DNA of 63,758 nucleotides, filler included, from Octopus bimaculoides (taxonomy: Eukaryota), in NCBI RefSeq assembly GCF_001194135.2. It is 5 parts of 5 records of this genome, joined end to end, with 100 filler letters (N's around TTAATTAATTAA, not from the genome) between each part and the next. Parts side by side here need not be neighbours in the genome. Positions count along the whole stretch, not along the records: positions 50,398 to 60,354 come from NC_068982.1; positions 60,455 to 62,467 come from NC_068994.1; positions 62,568 to 63,758 come from NC_068993.1; 2 more parts are not named here. One strand, written 5' to 3'. The notes beneath the pieces were generated by a model, which saw only the letters and a program-made list of their open reading frames with translations, was not told the DNA's origin and searched no databases. This document shows, piece after piece, positions 52,831-63,758 of this stretch. Position numbers and translations under genes: made by a program. The first letter of the stretch is position 1. The number at the start of each line of letters is the position of its first letter.

Positions 52831-53634
52831 GCCTGACCAATTACTAATATTGACATAATTTTCGGGGTTTCTCTTTACAGGATGCAACAAACATACATTT
52901 CAGAAAGTAGTCAAAAACGTTAGCTTATGTAAATGACACAATACATATATAGATATGGAAAGTAGCTCCGAAAGAAAATTGAAACCGGATTAAGTTGATC
53001 ATAATATATATCCATGAAAACTAGATAGCCGATATTCATTGTCGAACAATGAATACTTGTGTAAGAAATATACACCCACTACTTTACTATTTTCCAAAAT
53101 TCTAAGTGTTTTCTACACGAATAGAAATGACAAATATATTTTTTTGAAAATCAACTATTTTATCAGATACAATAGATTGAAAGGCTTCTGTACTGTAGGC
53201 AAAACGCCTAGATATAGACAGCTGTTGGATGGAAATCGCAAATCTTATACATGTGTTGTACAAATCAATAATACAATACAAACGTATGCAAATGGTTACT
53301 TTATTGAATTTCGTCAGCGCGTAACAAGAAACCTTAACACGTGCAGATTCTAGAAATCTGAAATATTTATGTAAGTATGGATAATTTTCTGTCGTTTTCT
53401 CTCAAATGCGCCACAAATTTTTGTACATAACTGTTGCAGATTGTTTAATTCAGAGCCTAAGGCCATAATTCGATGCACACACACACTCCCACTATATATA
53501 TAGTTTTTAAAACTGCAAATATGTGAATTTTTACTTGAAAATTTTCCGTGACCTGGAGTGCAAATAAGACTTCGTACTGGAACAATTGTAACTGATCATT
53601 AATGATGTGTTAAAATGCCTTTCTTTGTCTTCTT

Positions 53635-53669
<35 letters not shown>

Positions 53670-53748
53670 ATCTAAGTCTAAAAGAGCTGGGCTTATGCTA
53701 GAGACCCGTCAAACTTTAAGTTACCTTGAGCCGAAACAAGCTCTGTTG

Positions 53749-53786
<38 letters not shown>

Positions 53787-53836
53787 TTTATATATATATA
53801 TATGTATGTTTTATATATATATATATACTCTTATGT

Positions 53837-53876
<40 letters not shown>

Positions 53877-54371
53877 CTTTATGTATATGTATTTATATGC
53901 TATATATATGTATGTTTATATATTTATATGTACGTATGTATTAACTATGAATGCCAAAGTGTGAGTATGTATGTGTGCGTATGCGAGCGTGTGTCTGTGC
54001 GTTTGTGTGTATGCGCAGATGACTTCTCGTATCGATCTGTCATTCGTAGGTGAGTGTATGGAAATCTTCTGGTCGTATGAAAGTGGAACTGTTCAGAGAT
54101 GAGCATTAACACTAAGAATTATGGAAAAGTTTTTGAACACCCATTTCATATTTTGCAAAAGCAAGTTCTTCAAAGCTGAAATTAACCTCTCCTCACCTAT
54201 GGTATCTGACATTAGCTTTTGCATTCAAGTTGATGTTATTCCTAATGTTTTGTCATTATTGCTGTCTTTGTGGCTGGTACTGGTGCTGTTGACAGTGCTG
54301 TGGGCATTGAATCGATGTAGCTTGGTGGATTACTTCCTTACCGTCTCTTCTCTCTTTATTGTGGATAGACC

Positions 54372-54531
54372 CCAAGAGTGGCTGTGCGGTAAGTAGCTTG
54401 CTCACCAACCACATGGTTCCTGATTCAGTCCCATTGCGTGGCCTCTTGGGCAAGTGTCTTGTACTATAGCCTCGGGCCGACCAAAGCCTTGTGAATGGAT
54501 GTGCTAGAGAGAAACTGGAAGAAGCTCGTCT

Positions 54532-54577
<46 letters not shown>

Positions 54578-54790
54578 TGTATGTACATGTTTGTGTGTCT
54601 TCGTTTGTCCCTCCAACATCGCTTGACAACCGATGTCGGTGTGTTTATGTCCCCCGTAACCTAGCGTTTCGGCAAAACAGACCGATAGAATAAGTACTAG
54701 GCCTACAAAATATGTCCTGGGGTCGATTTGTTTTACTGAAGGTGGTGCTCCAGCGTGGCCACAATCAAAGGACTGAAACGAATAAAAGAA
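54372..54790 (+). mobile_element. SINE family B, full length
   Basis: gagtggctgtgcggtaagtagcttgc...ggtgctccagcgtggccacaatcaaaggactgaaacgaataaaag. Confidence 0.85.
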
Positions 54791-56548
54791 AAAATATATG
54801 TACGGTTTTGAGTGCGAGTGTGTATTTGTGTGTAGCAAAACAACTAAATACTTGATCTTCACCACCATTCTTCCTCTGAGATTTTGTAACTTCTGTCTAC
54901 ACCATCCTATTTCTTTGCAGTCGATCAGGGTATACTCAGCCACACATTTGTTTTTTTTTTTGGGGGGGGGGCTATTTGCTTGACGAGGGTATATATTCAG
55001 CAAACTTAATATAGTTTGTATTTTACGTGGCTAGTTATGTGGCGTTTAAAGCTTCATATACTTATGCATAGACATTTGCTTTACGTTATTAACATTGGTT
55101 ATAAGTCCACATAAATTCGAATTAGCTGTAGATCACATTCTGTGGATGTGATATCACAAACTGGAGAATTAGTTTATCGCTTCTGAATTTCACTTACGAG
55201 GATTTTCAACTTTGCTATAAAATACATATCATTGCTCTTATGCAAAAGTGTCGTAAGTCCAAAACGTTGTTTATTCAGAAAACGAAAAAATAGTTGCATT
55301 ATTCCATTCCTTTTTACATTAGCAACAGTTTCAGCTTAACAATAATACTTTGTTGTGTGCATAAACTCGTGACTCCATGCATGTATTATATTTTCAGTCA
55401 GAAATATTTTTGCAAAACTGTCGTATGTGGGACTTACTACACTTTTGAAAAATGCTTAACCGTGGTACTACACCATGGCAATTTTCGTATTGGCATCTGA
55501 AGCAGCTGAAAATATGATAGTTTGACCAAAAGATGTGGCTATTTCAAGCAAAATTAAATATTGAAAAAACGCATTTGGGCAAATTTTGACATACGACAGT
55601 TTAACATAATAACAACAATATATAGTTAAAAGTTTCTGCAAAATATCCTTGATGCACTCTAAATCTTTGTAGAAAACGTCTTTAAAATACTAAATTTCGA
55701 AAAACGCAGAATAGAAAGAAAATTTTCCAGTGTATATGAATGTAAGCATTTTTGCCGCTGAATATTTCGAACTCTGTCTTGTAGGGAGGTTAATCCATCT
55801 AGCACAAGTTGATATCAGTTTTGTCTTTTTCCAGTTTACTTTCGGATTTAGAATTGTTGTAGAGTATTCCTCTTTTGCCTTTCGTAGTTGATAATTTTCT
55901 TCTTTTATCCCCGCCCCCCGCAAAAAAAGAAAAAAAACATTTTTCTTTCTTATTCTTGCAGGAAAGATCATATGTTCAAAATTATGATTTTCGCATACAT
56001 CCTTTCGTTGATTCAATTTACAATTCACAACAATTTAAACGTGAATTGATTAATATTCTCTGTTGCTGACCGCATAATTCTATTAAATAGCTGTTGATTT
56101 GCTTTTCCAAAACCAGTGTCCATTGTTGAGCTTGCAGATGTCATCATTGTGTACATTCTCTCAGCAATTTATTACACACACACACACATTCGGATGTGTG
56201 TGTGTGTGTGTTTAAAAAAGGCCTTCGTTAAATCGTACTGTGATATATATATCACCATAAAAATGCAAAACTCATTCCTTCTTGATTTGTTTATTGCCTT
56301 CATTATGCATACATACATATATGTATACATACATACGTACATACAATAAAACATACACAGTTTGACCTGACGGCATTAGCTGGTGGAAAACAAGCCGCTT
56401 CGTTCTGTAATTGTTGATTTTGTCCTACGTACTCTCCATTGTGCTAGTGCTGACTTGTTTTTCTCTCTTTGTTTTCAGTATTAAGATTTTGTGTTTAATC
56501 TTTCGTAATTTCGAATTTACAATTCCCAGATAATAAGCGAGAATTGAT

Positions 56549-56570
56549 TACTAACGTTTTTTTCTTACAG
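56549..56570 (+). promoter_or_regulatory. Strong candidate branch point plus 3' splice site upstream of the GPCR
   Basis: TACTAAC (perfect branch consensus) followed by gtttttttcttacag. Confidence 0.45.
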
Positions 56571-56987
56571 CGTAATTCTATTAAAAAGCTGTATGTTTTT
56601 CATACCAGTGGCCATTGTTGAGCCGGCAGATATCATGCTTATATACATTCTCTCAAGTATTTCTTCTATTCTCATATTTGTTAACTCACACGTAGGATTT
56701 TCAATGCTGTTAAATTATTTATTTGGTGTCATAAATGTTTCACCAAGTGCATTAAAGTGTATGTGGAGGAGTGTTAATAACACCAGAATATGTCGCGAGT
56801 TGCTCTTTCTTGCTTGAATGATTGAAATCATATATGTGCAAATGTGAATGGTTCTGCACGCAGGTTTGAAAATACAAATTTTAAACTGTTAAATATCATT
56901 TAAGTTTATCTCGTCCCCTACCTTTTTCGAGAACATTATTCTTATTTTCAGAGTTCTAAATATAGCGTAATTAATGCTGAAATTAAT

Positions 56988-57016
56988 TTTTCCTTTTTTT
57001 GTTACCTATATTTCAG
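56988..57016 (+). promoter_or_regulatory. 3' splice site preceding the GPCR coding exon
   Basis: T-rich tract ttttccttttttttgttacctatatttcag immediately upstream of the open frame; implies at least one upstream (probably 5'UTR) exon. Confidence 0.55.
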
Positions 57017-57080
57017 AGATCAAGTGACTTACCCGGACTTTACATGTTACCAGACAGTCAGACCAGCTTTATTTGCTGCT

Positions 57081-58340
57081 ATGACGTCATCGGCAACTAT
57101 TACCACTGAACGGATATTCAATCAGACTATGAAAGTTCCATTTCACTTCAGCATCAACGATGCCAAGACAATTCTACAGCAAGAAGCAGAATCAAAATGG
57201 TTTACTCCTACAGCTGAAATGTTCTTCATTTTTTCCTATTCTGTTCTAATATGTTTTGGCTCAGTTGGCAATGCCTTGGTCTGCTACATTGTGATGCGTA
57301 GCCCAGGGATGCGAACAGCCCGTAACATGTTCATCTTTAATCTGGCAATATCAGATTTAAGTCTATGTTTATTTACACAGTCCTTGAATTTATACCGTAC
57401 ATTGAATAACCAGTGGAAGCTTGGTGCTTTCATGTGTAAATTTGGTTCTTTATTCCAGGGAATTAATATATTTGTGTCCACCAGCAGCATTATGGCCATT
57501 GCTCTGTATCGTTTCCAAGTAATTGTACATCCGACAATTTCTGGCGTACGGTGGCGCTTAAGAGTTACAGTTGCACTTGTTGCGATATGGGTGGTGTCAT
57601 TTTTGTTAGCCAGTCCGCTGTTAGTGTTCACTATTCACAAATCTTCTCAACCAATAGAACAAGTAGATATATACCTTTATCATTGCATTGAAGATGTGAG
57701 ATTAAGACTTGAAAAGGGTGCATATTCCGTGGCTTCACTGATATTTCAGTATCTCGGCCCAGGCATTATAGTCATTTTAGCACACACAAAGATTTTCAGC
57801 AAGCTAAATTACCGTATTGTTAATCGAAGTCAGATGACTCCAGCTCTACACAATACGTGTGGTTATAAATCTCAGGAGCGAAAAGCTAAACGAAAAAGAA
57901 AAACTAAAATTTTACTAACAACTATAGCCGTTGTATTTGCCTTGAGTTGGTTACCTCTAAATGTATTCAACATTCTTATTGACTTTAAAGGATCAGCTTT
58001 TATACACAAAAACATTGACGTCAATTTGACGTTTGGAATATGTCATTTGCTTGTACTCAGCTCCGCTTGTACGAACCCGGTATTATATGGCTGGTTGAAT
58101 GAAAATTTTCGCCGAGAATTTTTCAGTATTTTATCCTGTTGTATTTGCGCATCAAATTTAAGAAAACGGTTACGTTCTCTAAGAGCAACCACGCGGGTTG
58201 ATGATGATCATGAGATTGCTGTTTACCAGCAGTCGGATTACCCGGGTGAACAGTCGAATCCAAAAGATCGATATCTTCACAAGTCTTTACCAGTTGAAAT
58301 AGGAACTCCTGCGACATATCAAGTAACAGCATCTGTGTAA
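57081..58340 (+). CDS. NPFR-like: Class A GPCR, neuropeptide F/neuropeptide Y receptor-like, single coding exon (419 aa from the first ATG)
   Basis: Uninterrupted ORF with seven hydrophobic segments and family motifs GSVGNALV, MRTARNMFIFNLAISD, W-x-LG-x-FMCK, SWLPLNVFN and SSACTNPVLYGWLNENFRREF. N-terminal NQT sequon and a Cys cluster after helix 8. The frame is open back to the acceptor at 57016, so the N-terminus could be longer. Confidence 0.93.
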   Translation: MTSSATITTERIFNQTMKVPFHFSINDAKTILQQEAESKWFTPTAEMFFIFSYSVLICFGSVGNALVCYIVMRSPGMRTARNMFIFNLAISDLSLCLFTQSLNLYRTLNNQWKLGAFMCKFGSLFQGINIFVSTSSIMAIALYRFQVIVHPTISGVRWRLRVTVALVAIWVVSFLLASPLLVFTIHKSSQPIEQVDIYLYHCIEDVRLRLEKGAYSVASLIFQYLGPGIIVILAHTKIFSKLNYRIVNRSQMTPALHNTCGYKSQERKAKRKRKTKILLTTIAVVFALSWLPLNVFNILIDFKGSAFIHKNIDVNLTFGICHLLVLSSACTNPVLYGWLNENFRREFFSILSCCICASNLRKRLRSLRATTRVDDDHEIAVYQQSDYPGEQSNPKDRYLHKSLPVEIGTPATYQVTASV

Positions 58341-59000
58341 TGTTTATCGCTGCTTCATTTTCCTATTTCGAAACATATTTTTGCTCTTGTAATATATATT
58401 CTATTTTTTATCACCTTTTTTCCCGTTCTTCTGAAAAGAAAATATCTATTGCACCCCAATTCTAACCGCTTCCATTGCAGAAGAGAAAATACAAAAAGAC
58501 ATTTTCTGATAAAAAAAAAAATATATATCATGAATAGGTCAGAAATGAAATGGGGTTTAATATGGGATATGTTAAACTTTACAGATATGTCGCAAATATC
58601 ACTTATCATCACTGATGGAATCCATGTCCTAAAGGAAAGAGATCCTTACGAATCTATTTAAAAGGTTGGCTGAAATGAAATTCAGGTGATATTTATTTTA
58701 CTGTGTGAATGTGTACTATTATTTTCAATTAAACACTAAATGAAAAAAGAAACCCTCAAATTTACTTGTCTCATTTGTAAAATAAGGAGTTCAATATTCA
58801 ATTATAAATTATCATACACACACACTATATATACAATTATATATATATATATNNNNNNNNNNNNNNNNNNNNNNNNNNNNNNNNNNNNNNNNNNNNNNNN
58901 NNNNNNNNNNNNNNNNNNNNNNNNNNNNNNNNNNNNNNNNNNNNNNNNNNNNNNNNNNNNNNNNNNNNNNNNNNNNNNNNNNNNNNNNNNNNNNNNNNNN

Positions 59001-59044
<44 letters not shown>

Positions 59045-60454
59045 ACGCGCACACACACACACACATATATATATTCACCTTACAACGATACGTTCCCAGC
59101 GAGTCGAAATTCCAACGTACTTTTAATTGTCGTCTTTACCTAATCAATCTTAAATCATTAAAGGCCTTTGAAAAGTAAATGTCATCACAACCGTAATTTC
59201 TCTTAAAATCTGTAAGTTCTGTGACATGAGAGAATATTTAATGCTGTTGAAAGGAGTTCGAGATAGCAATGATAGTATTTAAAGAGTTATTTCTCGTTTC
59301 TTAGCTTAAATCTTGCTGAATTAGGTCTCCGCTTTCTTTGCTCCATACTTTAGTAGTTTCAAGTCGATCGATAATATACGATTGAGGACGAATGACAAGA
59401 AACGCCATAACAAAACTAATGATTTCAATGACGAATAGAAAATAATCGGATTACGTAATTAAATGCTTCTTAAAGATATAAGCGTACAACCTTAATTGTC
59501 ACCTTCCCCTAATCAGAAGCTAATTATTCCACAGAGTATTCCACGTTCGTTAAAATTCAAACATCGGGTCATTTATCTATTTGTTCCGTTTTTATTCATT
59601 CATCTTTACCACCCACTATTCCTGAGACGGTCGCGGTGTTTGAGCCATGCACCATTGGTTCCTATTACAAACAACCGTATTAGACTTCACTGCTGGATTC
59701 ACAAGAATGACCAAATGAAACTGAATGTTATCAAACGATATTCGACCAGGTCTCCCTGGTAACTTGGCATGCAGAATCCGTCTTACAATAACTTCTTGCA
59801 ATATTCTAACCCCATGTACTGGAGGTGTGATTTATGAATGCGGAGGAGTTGCAGTTCGACCGGTACAGATGATTAATTTGTTGTTAATAATAAATAATTA
59901 ACATTCCGATCTCCATTTTCCTTTCCTCCTTATATAGAATAGAATTCGAATTCAAGACACGCGGAAACTATCAATCAAGGGTAACACGCGAAATGCGTAT
60001 AAACATATATCTATAGATATACAGGGGCATACAAATGCATATATACATACAAACATATATATGTGTACATATATGAATATAGCTATTATGTATGGACATG
60101 CACGTGTGTAACCTCATTATATATATATGTGTGTGTGTGTGTGTGCACATACACGAATTCCGCGTGCATTAAAATATATCTAGTTGCCTACGTACATAAA
60201 AGCACCTGCTATATAAAAATATACAAAAATACATATATATATATATATATACAAACATACATATATATATATATATATATACAAAAATACATATATATAT
60301 ATATATATACAAAAATACATATATATATATATATGTGCATATATATATATATATNNNNNNNNNNNNNNNNNNNNNNNNNNNNNNNNNNNNNNNNNNNNTT
60401 AATTAATTAANNNNNNNNNNNNNNNNNNNNNNNNNNNNNNNNNNNNNNNNNNNN

Positions 60455-60677
60455 TAGTGGAATAGTTTCATTTTTAAAGTGAAAGTATTTGACATGAGTG
60501 TTTTTGTTTCACTTTTGACACGTAATACTTAAATAGTGGAGGAGATATTATGTTGCTGTGGGCTCGAACTATGCAAGAAGTTAAAACATTTTTTTGGACT
60601 AAAACACAACCGAGACCCTAAGTAAGGCACGTGTAAAATTTGAATGAAATTGGTTGTGTAGTTGTCGAGTTTTAGGG

Positions 60678-60759
<82 letters not shown>

Positions 60760-60802
60760 TGCCAGACAGACAGACACACATTCTCATTTTTATATATATA
60801 GA
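60455..60802 (-). mobile_element. Non-autonomous Helitron 5' portion
   Basis: Minus strand A|TCTATATATATAAAAATG...(GTCT)n...aactacacaaccaatttcattcaaattttacac: 5'-TC after a host A, with a typical internal microsatellite. The 3' end is lost in the gap. Confidence 0.65.
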
Positions 60803-60854
60803 TTACCATTTCTTCTCTTTTGTAAGTGTGGTTCTATTCAGCTGCCTATAGGTG

Positions 60855-61110
60855 CAGAAATGGCTCTGTGGTTAACAAGCTTGCTCTGCAACCACATAGT
60901 TTTGGGTTCAGTTCTATTCCATAGTACATTGGGTTTCTGCTATAGCTCCAGACAAACCAATGAAGTTTGAGTGAATTTGGAAGACGAAAACTGTGTTAAA
61001 GACCATCATTCATATATATTTGTGTGTGCGTGTGTGTGTGTTTGCCCCCAGCTACCATCGCTTGATATCCAGTGTTTTGTTTATGTCCCTATAATTTTGC
61101 AATTTGGCAT
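60855..61110 (+). mobile_element. Old, diverged SINE family B-related copy
   Basis: tggctctgtggttaacaagcttgc...gggttcagttc...ctatagctcc...catcgcttga. Confidence 0.55.
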
Positions 61111-61124
61111 TTTATATACATAAT

Positions 61125-62170
61125 GCTGGTGGCACAACAAATAAAAAAAACCAACCTAGTACACACTGTGAAGTGGTTTACATTAGGAAGGGTATCCAAT
61201 TGTAGAAGCCGTGCCAAATAGACACTGGAACACGATGCAGTCCGAGGCCCATGAGATCTTGTCAAAGTATCCAATATGGAACATGGACACGCAATATAGT
61301 GATGACAATGTGTGTATGTGTCTGTTTCTATCTTGTTTGACACAGCATAATAGTTGCAAATGAGTATTACTGTCATACAAGTAGTGTTATTCATTTCCAA
61401 TGTTCTACAGAAACAGCTCAGAGGAAGCTAATGAAGTTGATTACATAATTCATGATCATTCAATAATATATATCATCATTGTTTTAACATCCACTCATGC
61501 TGGCATGGGGAAGATGGAATTTGTTGAAATGGATTTTCTACAGCTGTATGTCCCACCTGTCACCAACTCTCATCAGTTTCCAAGTAAGGTAATATTTCCC
61601 CCATGACCAGACACGTTTTTGCAGAACATTGGAAATGAAGGACACCACTGGTTTGACAGTGACACTTGCTTACTTACATCTGTAACAATGAGGGTCACAT
61701 CTAGCACATGATGTCTTGGCAAGGAGATAGTAATAACACACATTATATATATATATACATACATATATATAAATACATATACATATATATATATATATAA
61801 ATACATATATATATATATATAAATACAAATATATATATATATAAATACACACACACACACATATATATAAATATAAATACATATTCATATATATATCATC
61901 ATTATCATCATTTAGCATCTGCTTTCCATGCTGGCATGGGTTAAACAGTTTGACTGAAACTGGTAAGCCGGAGAGCTGCACCAGGTTCCAATCTGATTTG
62001 GTATGGCTTCTATGGCTGGATGTCCTTCCTAAATGTATTACACTCGAAGAGCGTAATAAGTACTTCTTACATGCCATTGGCATGGGTACCAGTTATGTGA
62101 CACTGGCATTGACCACAACTGCACTTTCACTTGGCTTGACAAGTCTTCTCAAGCATGGCATATCGCCACA
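61125..62170. mobile_element. Cluster of three copies of a fourth retroposon family (D) with a (GAT)n-type tail: ~61125-61370 (+), ~61470-61730 (-), ~61897-62170 (-)
   Basis: Shared ttaggaagggtatcc/ggatgtccttcctaa and catcatc...tttccatgctggcatggg blocks. Confidence 0.6.
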
Positions 62171-62194
62171 CAATAGGCTTCTTTAAGTTTCCTA

Positions 62195-62418
62195 TTTCTT
62201 TACTGCTCACAAGGGGCTACACACAGAGGGGACAAACAAGGACAGACAAACGGATTAAGTCGATTATATCGACCCCAGTGCGCAACTGGTACTTATTTAA
62301 TCGACCCCAAAAGGATGAAAGGCAAAGTCGACCTCGGCGGAATTTGAACTCAGAACGTAGCGGCAGGCGAAATACTGCTAAGCATTTCGCCCAGCGTGCT
62401 AACGCTTCTGCCAGCTCG
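62195..62418 (-). mobile_element. SINE family A (variant 3' end)
   Basis: tcgaccccagtgcgcaactggtacttatttaatcgacccc...gtcgacctcggcggaatttgaactcagaacg...gctaacgcttctgccagctcg. Confidence 0.85.
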
Positions 62419-63758
62419 TCAACATTTTCGTTTAAGCTTCCATCTAGGAAATCCACCCACACAGCTTNNNNNNNNNNNNNNNNNNNNNNNNNNNNNNNNN
62501 NNNNNNNNNNNTTAATTAATTAANNNNNNNNNNNNNNNNNNNNNNNNNNNNNNNNNNNNNNNNNNNNAATTTAAGATTAATTAGCTACTTCTGAAATAAG
62601 AAATATAATATAGATAATATTTTTTTTTTCAGAACATTCCAAAAATATAATAGTGCAAATAGATGCTTTGGATGACAAAAAAAATTCAAACTTACCGCCA
62701 GGTTGTTCCGACATTTCAGATGGCTAACTGAGGAATTATGGGATTGCTCTGGTTCGGGCCAGAAAGTGGAACGAAGTTAGCAACAAATGTACACTAACAA
62801 AGAGAGAGAGGGAGGGGGTGTCATGTGGTCTTCTCAAAGCAGACGAACGAGTCCCTGAGAGAGGGGGAAGGGGAGGCAGAATATATTAGAAAACACCTGG
62901 ACGAGTTTCTTTGAAACAAAATGAATATTTTATCGAAATTTCCGATGATATGGATAAAAAATTACAGGTTATGCAGCGCATACCTTGCTTGCCTGATAGT
63001 GCACGTCCCTGGTATGTATGTATGTATGTATGTATGTATGTACGTATGTACGTATGTATGTATGTATGTATGTATGTACGTATGTATGTATGTATGTATG
63101 TACGTACGTACGTGGGCTTGTATGAGCCTCACCCATTTTAGTCTTGTCAAATTGTAGGTTGTCTTCCGTTTTTTTTTAGTCAGAAGAGGAAAGGGCAGCA
63201 CCCATGACATTTTTCAGCATCTCTGAGACTGGTGGGAGGAAAAGAAAAGGTTATTTCTTAGATCAAAGAACTTACCAGAATGTTTCCAATAATGACATGC
63301 AGGAATCAACTGATGGCATTGACCTGACCAAAAAGAGGACAGTCTCCTGGCAGGTTCTAGGTGTGACCATCCCAGCTTTTTCTATGTTAGTAATTACAAT
63401 GTTCAATGTATCCTTCCTTTCTTTAAGGTCATTGGAAAATTTAGCTGTTATTTCTTGTAAGCCAAACAACCCCCCTCTGCTAAAGACTCTCAAAACCCTG
63501 CTGGAAGATTGCACTTCGTTACAGAACAGCTCTTTACGTTGTTTTTATTGTTGTTGTTCTTGTTGCTGAAAACCATTAAGTTGTAGATACAGCTGCAGGA
63601 ATTATGGCACAATTTAATGACACCACAAACCATCATCATCATCATCATCACGGTTACTGTCAACACCACCAGCACCACCATCACCACCTCCACCACTACT
63701 GCCAACACCACCAACACCATCATCACCACTATATCTATCACTATACTACCCCACCCAC

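Noticed and set aside
57284-57631. 115-aa antisense ORF inside the GPCR
   Set aside because: Shadow of the real coding strand; no independent motif.
58326-58340. C-terminal TASV of the GPCR as a class I PDZ ligand
   Set aside because: The -2 residue is Ala, not Ser/Thr.

Overview
Repeat-rich (microsatellites, SINEs), AT-rich animal genomic DNA with many N gaps. The SINE/LINE repertoire points to a coleoid cephalopod, probably Octopus (inference). Host coding content I can support: (1) an intact single-coding-exon class A GPCR of the neuropeptide F/Y receptor type on + (57081-58340), carrying unusual substitutions at conserved activation motifs (DRY read as YRF, TM2 Pro lost, TM5 Tyr to His); (2) two separate, ~50%-identical copies of the terminal coding exon of an alkaline phosphatase on - (5674-5957 and 21205-21470). 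Each copy has a phase-1 acceptor, the Zn-ligand ETHG motif and its own GPI-type tail, and I recognise no other ALP exon between or upstream of them in the sequenced bases. The rest is mobile DNA: a decayed hAT transposase, at least five Penelope-like (GIY-YIG) fragments (two with long Asn/Thr/Pro-rich inserts), a minimal type I hammerhead ribozyme (31134-31180), CR1-group LINE ends (one sharing its 3' tail with a SINE family), a LINE ORF1 zinc-knuckle remnant, non-autonomous Helitron/Helentron-type elements and four SINE-like families. Many ORF-track entries are microsatellite or N-gap artefacts. Repeat boundaries are approximate and no database searches were run.
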